A stretch of DNA of 64,000 bases from Schizochytrium sp. TIO01 (lineage: Eukaryota > Protista > Bigyra: Labyrinthulomycetes): positions 5,178,483 through 5,242,482 of the forward strand of contig SMSO01000032.1 of the NCBI GenBank assembly GCA_004764695.1, read 5' to 3'. This document shows positions 10,118 to 25,118 of this stretch, piece by piece. The notes under the pieces are model-generated. The model was not told the DNA's origin, did not search any database, and worked only from the letters and a program-made list of their open reading frames with translations. The translations under genes and the position numbers were made by a program. Each line of letters starts with the position of its first letter. Position 1 is the stretch's first letter.

Positions 10118-13100
10118 AACCTCAAGGTTATTCGATAAACAAATCTTACTCTTGACAATCTATTGATGTAAGGAAACGCAAGGCATGCGGATATACCCTT
10201 CATGGAACAATCATCTTGACATCGGTTCTACAATAGCTAGATCCCTTGTGAGGAACTATGTATGCATGGCCATAATTGGTAAAGCGTAGGCGAGCGTGTA
10301 TACTTCCAGTTTGATGTCTGATAGGTCCTAGCCATTCAGAATAGATCTACACAGATAGTTGATTTAGACGAAGTACAATTTTTCGGAATATATATTAGAA
10401 CAAAAAACCTATCTTTATCAAAATATTTCCTTCATCAGGCAGAACCAAGCCTGCACAGTGAAGTGGTCTTAAAATAAGTCTGGGTTTATCGGATCTTCTG
10501 AACAAGGCGAATGTGATAATCAGGTGTTTAACAGCATGAAATTAAGGATGATGTCTTTCATTGCTCTGCCTTAATCTAGACTTAGCATAAGCTTTAGCAA
10601 TTTTCACAACATAATTTATTATTCACAATTCATGAAGCAGGTCAGCAACTTAATATGATTGTCTAGTTTCATATTGTTGTATACTCGCCAAAATAACTAA
10701 TCGAAGATATTTGAAGATGAGAGCCCTTCCCAAATATTGCAACTCTAGATATATCTGAAAGAGAGTATGTGGGTATAATGCAAACTGATATGGAGGAGAC
10801 AGGACAGCCTCCTCTCTCTAAGTATACATAATCGGTATCAAGGTTAAGCTTGACTTAGTCTGTATAATATGTTATAGAATAGTCCACCCTTATATTTATC
10901 TCCAAGGTCAATTACAAAAGCGAAGGCTGAAAGAGGCCTCCGAGATCTTCTTCAAGGCTTACATATATTCTGTCTATATCTTGCCAGATACCCTTTATCT
11001 AATTTAAAGGTGGCATTCAGAGATGTTTAAGAGACTAACAAAGACATCTCTCTGGAATTGAATTCGCAGAAGCTCTCTGTATACATTTTTACAAATGCAT
11101 ATTGATTTTCAAGGAAATGAGAAAACAGGATGCCTGCGCATAGGTGTAACTATAAAAGCTGAGAACGCTTCGCGATATGCGCTAAAATATGCACAATCAT
11201 CCTACCATCGCAATTGCGTGCATTTCTTAATGAACATTTTGGGTACTTGAGCATTTACAAATCATTTTGAAGTCCTAACTAAAATCTCTATAACAGCCAA
11301 ATTGCTTGAATGAGGAATTACGAAGACAAAGAGCATGTCAATGTGAAATAAGAATTGTTTAACAATTAATATTATTAATATTTTATTTGAGAATGGTGGC
11401 AATTCGAAGTGATTTTCTTCTCTAATTTGCAAACAAAGCCCATAACGTGCAGATGTTAGTCTAAAATTACCGACAAACTGCTAGCCGAAGCAAGATTCTA
11501 GTATCGTAAGGATCATACTGGGATGCTTCAACTTCATCCCGATTCTACACTCAACCATTGGTGTACAGTAATTATTGGAATATGACTGTGACCTATTTTA
11601 TTTATTTTTGAATTTAGCTAACTTTAGACTCCTTAAATTTGGAAAGTCGTATTCAATTGGAATACCCTCAAAGTTGCATATTTCACAAGATTCAACGATA
11701 TGTCTCATCCTGTGCAGAATTAAAAAAATATAAATCGTTTCTTGGGTATACATGCAGATCAAACAAAACGAGTTCGAAATGGAAGCAGTCTGTATACCAT
11801 GTATTCATCATAGAATTGGGCTCTAGAAGAATACGAACTGTAGCCTTTACCAAGATTCATTTACAATCATCATTCGATTCATTTGAAAGTACATAATTTC
11901 CGAATCTATCTTGAGATCATTATAAGATTGAAAAGTATTATTGATGTTAAAGAACGGATACGACAAGATTCGTGAGTGATGGTCTTCAGAAATCGTTTTG
12001 GTATATTTTCTATTTTGCTATAGCCACACGAACGCTTTTTAAATATAGGAAAACTGTTCTCCATATTTGAAGTGTTCAATGAGAGAGGTTGTATGACTTA
12101 ATTTTCTTGCTAAAAAGTGGCGAAATTTCAAAACTGAACTGAAAAAAATGCTTGAGCACTTTATAGCAGAGTGCAAACTAGATGCGTTTCATTTTATATT
12201 GGGACACTCCACTTGGTTTTCAGCATTTATTGATTAATCTGTATTTTCTATTTAGGAACTATAAAGAGAACATGCTTAGCTCTTGCTTTTCTTTCCAAAA
12301 TTTATACAACGCTTTGTCTGTATTTTTTTCTTCAAGCTTCTTAACCATACTAGAACAGATGCGTTTCATTCCATTGTTCACTGGTAAAAGCAATTAAATT
12401 TGATATTCAGATCCTACAATACTAGTGTAAAATACTGGTGTCTCTGCTTTTCACAGACAGGTTAGGAGAAGATTCGCACTTTGTTCTTGAAAACCCTCAA
12501 AGATTCCTCAAGGAGCTCCAGTTCCTTTTTCTATCTTTCGCTTCTGTTTTGCCCATCAACGAAAGAAAAGTGTCCATAGCGTGGGACATGTTTTTAACTT
12601 TGTCTCGGTGCGATGATTATCTTGCACTTTGAAAGTTATAGCGACGATCTTTCCCTTTCGACCGCACTCGAATTCGCAAGGGCAGTTCTTCTGTCGTCCG
12701 GGGCTGCTCATTAATTCTTTTTTCTATTTCAAGGGACGTCTCAAACCTGTCAAAGTCGCGGCTATAGACAAAAGGAGCAAGTGTAGAATCAGTTTGATCC
12801 AGGGACAGGCGAGCCTCGTGCAGGCCATCCAACAAGCACGGGTTCCTTGAAGTATTACTGTCCACGTACACACCACTATGCACCTGTGAGAATCGCATCA
12901 GCTCCAATATACAAACGATCTTTTGACCGAAGTAGGAAGAATGCCTCGCAATCTGTTCATGCACTAAGAATTGAGGGGATCATTTAGAAGGAAAGATGGT
13001 TCATTTACCCTTCTTAACATCTATAACATATAATTTAATTCCAAATTATAATTTCTTTTTATTTAAAAAAAATGAAAGAGAAAAGAGAATATATATGTAT

Positions 13101-15839
13101 TCTTTATTAATGGTACGCTCTGCTCTTAAATATATATATATATAGCACTTTTACTTAAAATTGTAAAGCTCGCTACTCTAATGATCTTCGTTTTGTTTGT
13201 GGCCTCAGCGGCCAGCCGTATTAGCAGGAGCCATCTTCGTGCTATTCCCATAAGAACCGGATAATCTTCTGCGCCGCGTGTTGGATTGACAAGAAGAATA
13301 TTTATTTACATTATATCTTTAAAAATAAAAATAAAAATAAAAATAGACAAAGACAAAGCCTTTAAAATGCTGTTAAGAGGGCTGATACGGGTGTTGTGTA
13401 AGTTTAGTCGCCATGGCGTTTGTTCCTGGACGACTTATTTGCGATCAACTGTGGTAAAACCAACGCGATTCCTTCCTTTGTGACCTCATTTATTTTCCTC
13501 TTTTAAAATATCATGGGAGTATTACGTAAGAGTGTGAACACATACATACTTTTTATTTACTTATTTGTATATATTCTTTTCACTCTTCTTTGAAATTGAC
13601 TGGTTGGTGCATAAGAGTCCGAATTCCGAAGACAGCGGGGAATCGGAACGTGTTCAAGAAATGAACTGTTCGCCATTTTGTAAAGCAGCGCGAAGAGAAG
13701 CATATAAAGATGTCTCAGAACACCACCTAAACCAACTGAGGCGTCCGCGTTTCGAGTGGCTTTAATTTTACTGTCATCCCAGCGGTGAGGGAATTAATGC
13801 CTTTTCCAAAAAGAATAAAAAGGAAGTCAAGTCACATGTGTTTCTTTAGAGTGCAAAGGCCGAACAGAAAAGACGCAGGTACACAAAGCTGAAGTACTGT
13901 TAAAGTTTTTTCTTTAAATTAAAAAAAAATATTATATATATTTTAAAAAACAATTTTAAAAAGAGATGAACGCTTTTTCGAGCGATTGCGATACAAAGGG
14001 ATCAGGACAGGTTGACAAGGCAAGACTCTACTTCAATAGTTGGTAACTTGTATAGCATTTAGAGCAGGGCTGCAGCGTGGTTTTGATGGTTAACGTGATG
14101 AATTTTTCATCACGATTTGAATCAAAGGGTCAAATCCCTGCCATGTCGCGTAATGCATAAAAACTACTTGAAGGTTGTAATGATTATTCGTCCTTGCTAT
14201 TCTGATATGATACGTATATGTGTAAATAGCCCAAGGGATCAGTGTGAAATTAAAAACAAAAATAGTAAAGCAATAAAAGCGAAACATCCTCAATTCTCCA
14301 TCTCAAAAAACAAAACAAAACATTATCATTGTGAGTTATGTGGTGTCGGTCTTGTAGCCAGAGCCATGCAAGGCACGAAAGTTTCAAATAGAGCAAATTT
14401 ACATTCCGAAGCAGGTACAAAGCGCATTTACGAACAAAATGAAAGAAATGTTTTGCGACGCTGCTTCTAACGCCTCAAAGGGCTCATTTTCGTGGCCGTG
14501 CTTTAAACAGAGGTCGCTCTGGAATCATTAGCCTATGTGTAACATCTTGCTCGGGTTGCTTCCTCGTACTTTGCTCAAAAGGCACAACAACTACAAACGC
14601 GTGCATCTCTGGAAGATGAGTTAAAAGATACAGGTACCACCTAGCGCCAGTATGGAGTGATTCTTTTGACTTGAGCTTTTACCCAAGTTAAAAGATTCGA
14701 ACTCAATACCTCTGCCTGGCGAGAGAGGCCTACTGCCGTACTCCAATTGCACTGCTGCATCAATGAGACGACAGCGGTTCAAACAGCAGGCTTATACTAC
14801 AGATGAAAGAACCTCATGTGCTATTCAAGCCAGTAATGAGAGCAGCCATTCTTCTTAAATCAAACCCGGTCCAACCATTTCATCGTCTTCGCGTGCCTTC
14901 AAAGATGGCCTTTCGAGATATAATTACGCCCACACTAGAGCAGCGACTTCGCTCGCTTGCTTGCCAGCCAGCCAGCCAGCCAGCCAGTGTAAGAGCGACT
15001 GGGGCGAAGAAGACTGGCGAGGCTTGAATAACAGGAACAGAGCCGTCTTTCCACACAGAAACAGAAGCAAGCTTGCTTGCGATAATTTCCTTCGAAAGCT
15101 GACTGAGTTAAAGTCTTTCAACTTGGGGTGAAGATCTCATGTGAAAACAATCACTCAAATGATGGCCAAGCGAAGGGAATGCTGTAGTAAACTCTGCACG
15201 CTATTGTTTTGATTGATTGCAGCAGCCCCAGTCTTGGCCAAAGATGTTGCACCTCTCTCACGGGCCCGAAGGAAGATTGTTCTTAGCGAGAGTGGGTGAG
15301 AATAACAAACTCTGCATAATCTATCTATCATTCGTCCCTGTCCTGTCGGCACCTACCAGCACGCTGTCTGTGCGAGGGTGCTGTCTGTTGTTCTCCCAGC
15401 ATGAGAAAGAGAATCAGCTGCTTTAATCGGCAGCCTTCTCCCGTCTTCCGTGGGTGCTCGGGAAACGAGTGGTCAATACCAAAAGGGTAGATATCAACCA
15501 AAATCCAAATCGCCGCTCATCAACATTATCTTATATGTCTAAATTGCAAAGTATATAAATAAAATAAAATAAAATGAATGAATGAGTGAATGAGTTAAAT
15601 AAAACCAATCGGAAAAAAGTACATACACGATCGATAAGTATTTTCATTATTCTTCACTATTCTTCATGTTAAATCCAAAGAGTCAAGGTAACACTGAGTG
15701 TTGCTTCCTCTGCCGCCACTGGTTACCAAGTAAGCCTTCCGCCGCTTCTTCGCTGAGACCGCAGCGGAGCCCTTTCCCACCCGCGCCGCACTTGCCCCCA
15801 TACATACATACATGCATACATCCACATCCACAAATAGAT

Positions 15840-15842
<3 letters not shown>

Positions 15843-15875
<33 letters not shown>
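15843..15875. repeat. (TA)n microsatellite
   Basis: Perfect dinucleotide run. Confidence 0.95.
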
Positions 15876-15878
<3 letters not shown>

Positions 15879-18800
15879 TCACATATATACACATTCCAAG
15901 TTGTAGTAGGTTGTCCAACCTTGACTACGAAATTACATCCTCTCTGTTGGTTGCTGGGGACTCCCGGGGGACGCCTTGGCCCCCTCCCCTCTGAAAGACA
16001 GACCTCTATTGACACCTTGAAGGGCAAGAACACACACGCAGAAAGAGGCGCAGTCCAAGCTTGGAGAGTAGTACGCTATAGTACGCTAGTTCTTCAGGAA
16101 TAATAAATAAATAAATAAGGCCTTCGGCGCCGAGGCCGTCACTGAAAGCTGGACGGTCGACGGCTTTGGGGCAAGTCTTCCAGTATGCGTACGTGGAATA
16201 CGTCGATCGCTCAAGCGAATAGCTGCCATTCACGCGCGATCGGACGAGCGCAGCCTTCGATGTGGGCGCTCTTGTCCTTGAGAGGTTAAAAGAGCATGTA
16301 ATTTCATCTCTCGAAGTTCCCTTTTCCTGTTCGCTATTTGTGTTGCCATTTCTCGTATTTTTGAAAACTCCATTCCACTCGAATTGTTTTTAATTTTAAT
16401 TTAATTTAAAAGAAAAGAAAAGACACCCAATAATTTATTCGCCATAGTAAAGTTTGACGGCAAAAAGAAGCTCTCACTTGAACTGGCTGGCTCCTTCCTG
16501 GTAGCTCGTGCCTGTGCTGTCGCAAGCAGAAGGGGGTACGCGATAATATCTTGGCCTTAAAAGCAGTGAAACTACACCCGAGGGCTTCCTTTCGCCTCTT
16601 TTTGATGTTTCTTCACGGAGCCAACGACGTCCAACCTTTTCACCTGCGTGGTTCTCTGTAAACTGCGAGCTTTTCAAGGCTGCTTTCGCATTAACGCAGC
16701 TGAGGCCGGGGGGGATTTCGACAAAGGATCTCCGCAAAGCCAGCTCGCTCCAAGGTTTAGCTGCAGCCTCAGGCGCCGCTGGAGCACCTTCAAGTGGCAT
16801 CAAGGAACTCAAAGGGCTGCATCTGCAGGTATACATGTATGTATACGAGCTGGGAGTTCCAACAAGATTGCCTTTTTCAAAAAGGCAGAAGAAAACGCTT
16901 TAAACTGGGAAGCGTTTTTTGACTGAAGATAGGCAGTGGAATGCGCCTTTTCATCTTCGTTATCTGAGCAGTACCTTAGCTGGTGTCTTGTATACCAGGA
17001 ATCGCCGTGTCGGCAATATCAATAAGTGAATAGATGAGGTAGGAACTCTCTACAGAAATCGAAAAAAAGGAAAAAGAAAAGAAGAAGTAAGAGGCATCTT
17101 CGATGAATAACAAAGATATATTGCAAATAGGGAGGGCGTGGCTGCAAACTGCTCGTAAGTTTAAACGCATAGTTGGCGCCATTCTCAGCAAGTTTATTAG
17201 ATCCTCGCTCTGCGGGTGTATGATCAGCCAGCAATAAGCACAGATAAATCGCGGCCCCTCATCCCGACCATTTGAACGCTGTGCTAGCCACATACTCAGT
17301 GAATATTGAATCAATATCTTCATAGTTTTAGGTAACCATTTCCTTCAAGTTCTTCAGTGCTGTCAAGTGCGCAGGCGGTATCATTATCACCATTGTTATA
17401 TTATGACTATTATCATCGCTGCTATATGTTGTAATTGTGTTCATCATTCCCTGTGCAAGGTTCTCTGTGCAAAGTGTGGCACTTGAAACACCTACGAAAA
17501 CATGTCAAAGTGGGCAAAAAGTGGCGACTGTGCGCTTATTCCTTTACAATATTCCGTGCAGGACGTCCCAATCGCTAAGTCCGCCTGCCCACCTTTCATC
17601 ACGTGTTCGTCTTTGCCACGAAGAGAGAGAGAGAGATAGAGATAGAGAGAGAGAGATTCTATCATTGTTGGAGTGCGTTTCATTCGCCTTACATGTTTCC
17701 CTTTCTGTTTCCCTTTACAGACCGTAGCTACCGCGAGCGCTAGTTGGTGCGCTAGGAGGTCCAGGTCCCTATCGTTTACTTGTAAGTCTATCTTGGTCTT
17801 CGCTAGAAGTGGCTATTCGCTGTTAGGGTTCCCGGGGTCCTGGTGAGGGGCCTCTTTACAGTGCCTTTATGGTCCGTCCTATCTCCACTGTTCACTTCTT
17901 TCGAGTCATGTTTCAGCGAGGAGGCGGGAAAGGAAAGAGTCCTAAACTAAAAAGAAGAGGCGCAGATTCATTCATCCGTGTTGGCCCTTCGATCCGAGTT
18001 TGTCCTGGCGAGAAGGCCCTCGAAAGCACGCCTTGCTTCGGCTCCGCTCCCGATCTCACAGCCTGCGCTCGTGTTCCTGAGCTCGCTCGGGCTGGTTGAC
18101 AAAAGGAGGCGAAGCTGCCTGCTTTCGGAGTCGCCCTTGAATGGAATCGCACTCAAGTAGAACTAGGTACTACCTACCTTCCTCCTCCCTCTTTGTAGAG
18201 TAACTCCGTCATAGGTATATGCCCGGATTCAAAGAGAGAAAGCATGTTTGGATATTTGGCATGCAGGCCTATATTTGAAAAAAGGAAAGAAAGAACCTAA
18301 GAAAAGGTAAAAAGATTGAACACTTGACACTTCCTGGCTCCTTCCTGATTTTAAGTTTTAAGTTTTAAGTTTTACATTTTACATTTTACATATTAATATT
18401 TATTTTTAATTTTAGAATGTAAATTAAAGTAACAATTAGTTTTTAATAATTAGTTTTTAATAATTGGTTTTTACCGGGGAACGTGCTCTCTGGGGCCCAA
18501 TGCAGCCACTCTTTGCTCCCTCTTCAAGCATTCGCGTTATTCCGTACAAGGAATTATCACGCCGTAAGCGGTTCTTAGACCTTCTAAACAGCCTTTGAAC
18601 AGATGCTTTTCAGAATGCTGAAAGAAAGAGCCTTTTCAATTTGTTCAGGCTTTTCAACCAACTAGCGCCGATGTCAACACAGCAATAAAAAAGGAAATAA
18701 GGTCTTACATACCGCCTCAGCGATAGCACGAAGAGATACGGACGAAGCAAACATGGAGCGATCCTTTTCCAGCTTGCCATCCATCGAGTTGAGCCAGGTG

Positions 18801-19977
18801 ACGCACAACTTTGAACCCACCGAAGCCGTGATGGAGGGAACGTACTCGATTGTGAGTAAGCGCAGCAGCCGTCACCATTGCTTTCCTGCCTGAATTTCCT
18901 GCTTCAAGCAGACAGCGCCTACGTAGATAACACAAGACTAGGCCCGGTTTACTATCTTGCCGTGGCCAGAAAAGGCCTCCTCTGGTTTCCCGGCATGTGT
19001 TAATTAATAGCTCCATAGCTTTCTCTCTTGCTGGCACCATGTGAAAATGAAGTTGACTCCTTCGAGCGAACTTGATTCACTTTTTATTCACTTTAACCTT
19101 GGTGCACTCTTCTATGCTCATAAAAGCTGGTGGAAACGCCAGTAATGATGATGATGACTGCGTCGCTGTCACTCGCTCAAAGGCAGCGCGCGGCCTTTCG
19201 CATGGATGAGTGAACTAACTTATGCAAGGAATGGGAACCCCGCGTGTGCAGGCGAAGGCCCCGCGTACCCCTTATTTGGTAGGAGGGGGCACTGACCGCA
19301 CTTGTTCTTTGAAGTGAGAACTTCAGTCTGCATTCTACAGAAGTTTGGAATTACTCTGTTCTCCGCTTTTCCAACAAGTGCCGGGCCAATAAATATAAAT
19401 GAAGAGAACGAATGAACCTTGAAAGGTGAAGCTGATGGAGCACGATGGATGAAGCGCGTTACTGGTGCTTTCCAAGCATCCTCATGGACGAGGCAGCGAG
19501 CTCTTGAGAGGCGTTTGAGCTTGAAGACAAGCGGGCGGCGACTGTTGTGTTGATTCTCTTTTTTGGCACTTGAAATGAATGCAAGGCAAAGGCTCACTGT
19601 TCTGCGAAAAGATCGATTGCTATTTGGTTGTAAACAAAGAAAGAAGAGTGCTAGTGCACTACAGGCCAGCCACGGAGCCCCTTTTTTGCACAATTGTTGA
19701 ACGAAACCAACCATCGTGATGGACTTCCTGGACTCAACTTCGCAGTTAGTTTCACCTGGGTTTGGATTCATCCACAGGAGGCCTACCGAATGCGAGCCCA
19801 GGCCTGAGCAACTCGAAGGCGAACGAGGGAGGGGAAAGCTGCTCTTCGAAAGAAAGATAGAAAGAAAGAACTGATGATCGCTCAGGCCGTTCGATTGATA
19901 GGCACACTCAGTTGTCTGAAGCAAATGAAAGGCCAGCTTTGCTTAAGCTCAGGCAAATGGACAGGCATGAATCGACA

Positions 19978-20250
19978 ATGAACGAGTGAATGAATAAGTG
20001 AATGAATAATTGAATGAATAATTGAATGATTGAATGAGTGAATGAGTGAATGATTGAATGAGTGAATGAGTGAATGAGTAAATAATTGAATAATTGAATA
20101 ATTGAATAATTGAATAATTGAACAATTGAACAATTGAATAATTGAATAATTGAATAATTGAACAATTGAACAATTGAATAATTGAATAATTGAATAATTG
20201 AACAATTGAATAAATGAATGAATAAATGAATGAATAAATGAATGAATGAG
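19978..20250. repeat. Compound (TGAA)-derived microsatellite with TGAATAAT, TGAACAAT and TGAATGAG 8-mers
   Basis: Visible 4- and 8-bp periodicity. Confidence 0.93.
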
Positions 20251-21031
20251 TCGTTTTGAAGAGAGAAAATCGAACGCCAGGCTCTTTTCAGGCAGCGAGT
20301 GATCTTTGCGATTCAAGTACAGGCATGCGCCACATAATCAGCCTATACATTCGAACGCGTGTGATCCAAAGCGGCACTAGCGCCGCCGAATCGCGCGTGG
20401 CACAGTGCTTTTGGGGCAGAGTGTTGAGGAAGATCAATCACTTTGTGAGTTCGAAATTATCAACACTATGGACGTGCTGCGTTGGTAGTTGGATTCCAAC
20501 AGCTGCAGGTGCTTAGATAGCTATAGCTATAGCTTTGTTAATTACCCGCTTATTATATTCTGTATGGAGCCATGAGTAGGAAGCCTGGGTTTTGTATAGT
20601 ATAGTATAGCATAGTATGCCCCAGAGGCAGATGATATCTTTTGGATGACTGAAAAGCCCATCACGCGCGTGTTTTGTTGTCTATACTTTTTATTTTGGGG
20701 AGACAGGCAACAACGACGTCGTGGATCATTATCATTCGCAACTCGATGGAGTGCCTTTTTCTTGGCACGTCTGAAGTTGATTGGTTCCAAAGAATGGCTT
20801 GGCGGCAAAGTGAGTGCATTGGAGAAAGGACCTCCTTATCGCCGCCAGGTTCGTATATAATTGATTGGAAGCTGGGCTCGCATTCGCATTGATGGCTTTG
20901 AGTTCTTCTTTGGAAACTGCTGTGGTATATATTTGATATGTACATGCTATCAGTCATTACAGTGCGCGACAATCAATGAGTCAATCGATCTCTTGTGCTA
21001 TGTACCTACTTCTAAAAAAGAACTTAAACTT

Positions 21032-21064
<33 letters not shown>

Positions 21065-21490
21065 AGGAACGAAGGTCAAGGCGAATTTATTACTAAGAAC
21101 GGGAAGAAAAATGGAGTTCAAAGCTCTTGCGCTCCCTCTTCCATTTAGAGGGCATGATCAGCCCCATTGATTGGAGTAGGAAACTAACGAATTGGACGTC
21201 CATAGTTCATGATTCATGACGCTAACCCTTTCATTTTCATTCGTTCGTTCGTTCATATATCCATCCACTCATTTTTTAATTATTGCACATGATGATGCCT
21301 CGTGCCAGTGGCCAACTTGAAGTTCGAGTTGGTTGGCTGCTGGTTAATCAGCAACAATGTAGCTAAAGTTCCTCAAGACGCCGCCTTCCGTGACGCCCGA
21401 AATCCAATCTGTAAGCAAATGAAATAAAGTCATGCTTTAAATCCAAATACATTTCAAACCAAACAATTGTACCTTCACTCTACAATATTG

Positions 21491-21503
21491 CTACTACTAA
21501 TAG

Positions 21504-21540
<37 letters not shown>
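21491..21540. repeat. (TAC)n microsatellite, imperfect
   Basis: Trinucleotide run. Confidence 0.85.
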
Positions 21541-21776
21541 ATTACATAGCTAGCTAGTAGGCGTAGGCATGCAGGTCCCTACTATAGCTTTCGTGGGAAA
21601 AACTTTGTTGCTCAAGGAAGGAAGTGGAGAGCCCATACAGGAGAGCTTCCTTCCAGGTTCGCCTTGTTAAGTGCTGGTTCACTAATGGCTCCTTCCTCTC
21701 CTCGAATCCCTCGAGTTGTACATGCAACAGAGCAGCCAAACTAGCCACGAGTGCCGCTGCATCTGCCCTGGTCTGT

Positions 21777-22035
21777 GTATGTATGTATGTATGTATGTAT
21801 GTAAGTATGTATGTACGTATGTATGTATGTATGTATGTATGTATGTATGTATCTATGTATGTATGTATGTATGTATGTATGTATGTATGTATGTATGTAT
21901 GTATGTATGTATGTATGTATGTATGTATGTATGTATGTATGTATGTATGTATGTATGTATGTATGTATGTATGTATGTATGTATGTATGTATGTATGTAT
22001 GTATGTATGTATGTATGTATGTATGTATGTATGTA
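21777..22035. repeat. (GTAT)n microsatellite, about 65 units
   Basis: Near-perfect tetranucleotide run. Confidence 0.97.
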
Positions 22036-22274
22036 CGTGCGTACACGTCTGTGTGAGTGTAAGGTCCACTCACTTTTCTCTCGTCGCGCTCGTGAATTCA
22101 CGCATTTATCGGGCAGCTCCAAATGTTCGTGGCCTCACAGGGCGGTAAACCAGCACGAAAACCGCAATCATTCACCGGTTGGGCCAATTCCACTGCACTG
22201 CTGCGTCGCTCCATCTTGTTTACAACACGGAGTCAGCGATTAGAATCAGCGGCGGAGTACAGCGCTGCTCTTGC

Positions 22275-22316
<42 letters not shown>
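22275..22316. repeat. (TAGA)n microsatellite
   Basis: Perfect tetranucleotide run. Confidence 0.95.
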
Positions 22317-25087
22317 CGCAGAGCTCTGCGATTTAGATTCAAGTCGGAGTAAATCTCAGACGAAGAATGGATATTCGAGCTAGCTAGCTAGAAACTTGGG
22401 TTCGGGGCAGGCTCTGAACGCGACGGGCCCAGCGAACCGAGGCTCGTGTCGCTGGTCTTCAGACAGTTAGTTTGCGAGCTGAGCTGAGCTGAGCTTTGCG
22501 GCGGCCTTGCGATCGATGCCTCGGGTCTCAAGTTGTCCTCTCCTCGTGCTGAGAAGGTACACGTTCTCGGCATGGCTCCTGAGATAGTAGATATTGCAGT
22601 CTGCAATGCGAAGGGCGACCTTCGTTTGGTCTCGCATGATGTGTATCGTTGGCCAGGCAGCTTTGTGGCGCGGTTCCTGAGGTTTTGCAGAAGAAGACAG
22701 ACCTCCTTCACATTCAGGGTCCAAATCTGTGGAGCAGCGGCTGGGAACGTCAGACAGGCAGAGAGAGAGAGAGAAAGAGCGAGAGCTGCGTGAATCGTGG
22801 CAAAATCTTGGCGCATCTTGAAAACAGCCCACCATTTCCTCAGACCCGCACGCCGAAGCATTCGCAAACCCGGTCCGCTAGGCAGCCAGCTGGCTGGACG
22901 TGGCCCGAGCAGCCTCGAGATCCCCCGCTTGCCGCAAACCTCTTCGCCATCGCCTCGAGATTGTCGCGGCCCTGCCCGCATTGTCAGCACTGGATCTCGA
23001 CGCTTCAAGTTCGACGGAAAGAATTTGAAAATTCAAATCAAATCAAATCGAAGCGAGCGTAGCAGAGCCGTAGCCAGTGCTAGGCAGGTAGCGCTGGCTA
23101 GCAATCTAGCTAGCGATCTAGCTGTAGCTAGATTGCGACGGATGCGCTGCGGTTCTCGCGTGTCGTTGCTTTTGCATGCGCTTCAGCTTCCCTCTGAGGA
23201 GGCAGAGCCGCGATTGCCTGCCAACGCGCTAGCGCGTGATAGCCTCGGCACTTTCCACGTCGAAGCCGGCCGCTGCGGTATGGAAAGCACTGGTTTGTTT
23301 CATCGTGAATCAGCCATGGATCAGCCACGATTAGCTAAGTTTTTCGGAAGAATGTATCGGTTTAAGTATTTATTTTCAAAAACTACTCATTTAAACCTGT
23401 TTTTAAGTTTCGAAATTAGAAGTGTTTTTTAATGCCTGTTGGGATCAAAAAAGAGTGGTTAGTAATGAGGATGGATGGAGCTTTCGCGTCGATTTCTTGA
23501 GTTTTGGCTGATTTGGCTCGATTATTGGAGGCCAAGGATGCGATATGCGCTCAACGGCGAGGCCAAAACGAGTACAATGCCATCATAGGGAACACCGCCA
23601 ATTTGCCGAGGTGTTTGTGCGCCGTGTTCTCTGTGCCAGGCTTAAAAGGGCTGCTTGTCACAGCGTAGTGTCGCCGCTCGCGAGGAAGTGGGTTTTTTCT
23701 GTGCTCGAATTTGAACTTCTTATTTATTGCACGCTCTGAAACAAATAGATATCTAAGATGCCTTCAATCGTTCAGCAAAGTCTGTCATTTAAAGCACCCT
23801 CCTTCTGTCGGCTATACGAATGGGCACGTTCGAGTAGACCCTTCGAACGCATTCGTTTCTTCTTTAGCCATTCTTTCGTGACGCGTTTGCGTCACAGAGG
23901 GGGGGCTCCGGTTCGCCTTTTTTAATGGCCCCCAATGCAACTTTGGCGATGCGGACTCATTCCGAGGCATTCAAGTACATTGTCTGTCGTGTTCAGGACA
24001 CGGAAAGTGGCCTTGTCCTTGTCCCTGTTAGTCTCTATTTTAAAATATATATAGATTATTATAAAAAAAAAAACAAAAAAAAACTTACGAAAACAAGAAC
24101 AAAATAAAAATGTGGAGAGAACTGGAGGAAAAGAGTCCGATGGACCCAGAGAAGGACAGGGAAGAGACCCGGAAAGGAGAGCGCTGAAGGGCCCACTCTT
24201 TTCCCCCTTTTCTTTCACGGGGCTGAACCGCCGAAACCTCTCAGAAAGTAAGCGCTGCATGTCGTTGCTTCTCTTCTTTCCTGGACCGGGAGATCGATCG
24301 TTGGTTGCCTGCCTACCTACCCATGTAGTAGGACTTTCTTAAAATCTTGCTTGATTATGCTCTAGAGGGCATTCATGTATTTCCTCACTTCCAAGCTTTC
24401 TGATTTTATTGTTAATGTTGATGTTGCTGTTGGTTTCTCAGAAGAACAAAGGTAAAACAGTATTTCCGGGGGGGAAGAGTCATAAGTAGATAGGTGTTAC
24501 CTTCCGTGAATGGACTCTCTTCTTCCCCTTCAAAAGTGGCATTCCCTGCACTCTCTTGAATATTCTTATGGATTCTCGATGTAGTAGTGCTTTATGATCC
24601 TGTATTAACTTCTCCCTATGCATATTAATATATGGTTTCGCTTTAATTAATTTTTTTAAAATAAAAAAGAAAAGGAAAGAAAAAAGAGCCATTACTTTGT
24701 TAAAGTGAAAAAGAAAAAGCTGCGGCTACACAGCTGTGACTTCTCACTTTCACCTTTCTTTTGGCTCGGGTCACCTTTATGGCTCTCATTTCGAGCTAAC
24801 ACCACCACAGAAGAAGTACCTAGTGCTAGGAGAGAGAGAAAGCAAGCCATCTGAAGATTGGAGTTTCTGAGGCAGTTAGGTCGAAGGGAAGGGCCACGCG
24901 TGCGAAAGCAAGGCCCGAGATCCTCTCCAACTGGCCGGCCTCAGACCATCCCAGAAGGCCCGTGTTCGGATCAGGCAGGCAGAAGACGCAATATTCTGCG
25001 TCTACTTCTGCCTTTATCCGAAAGAAGAAAAAGACAAAGAAAAGAAAAGAAAAGAAAAGAAAAGAAAAAACACGTACCGTACTACCT

Positions 25088-25118
<31 letters not shown>

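Noticed and set aside
16118-16137. Short GC hairpins (ggccttcggcgccgaggcc; also gtgacgcgtttgcgtcac near 23878)
   Set aside because: Isolated short palindromes with no tRNA, ncRNA or TIR context.
21554-22243. ORFs with MYVC/IHTY repeats (also FVCL at 6592, IIQLFN at 19882, ESES at 41421)
   Set aside because: Translations of microsatellites.
22388-23432. Overlapping GC-rich ORFs on both strands
   Set aside because: No domain or motif signal; GC-rich, low-complexity sequence with (GA)n and GCTA repeats readily yields open frames.
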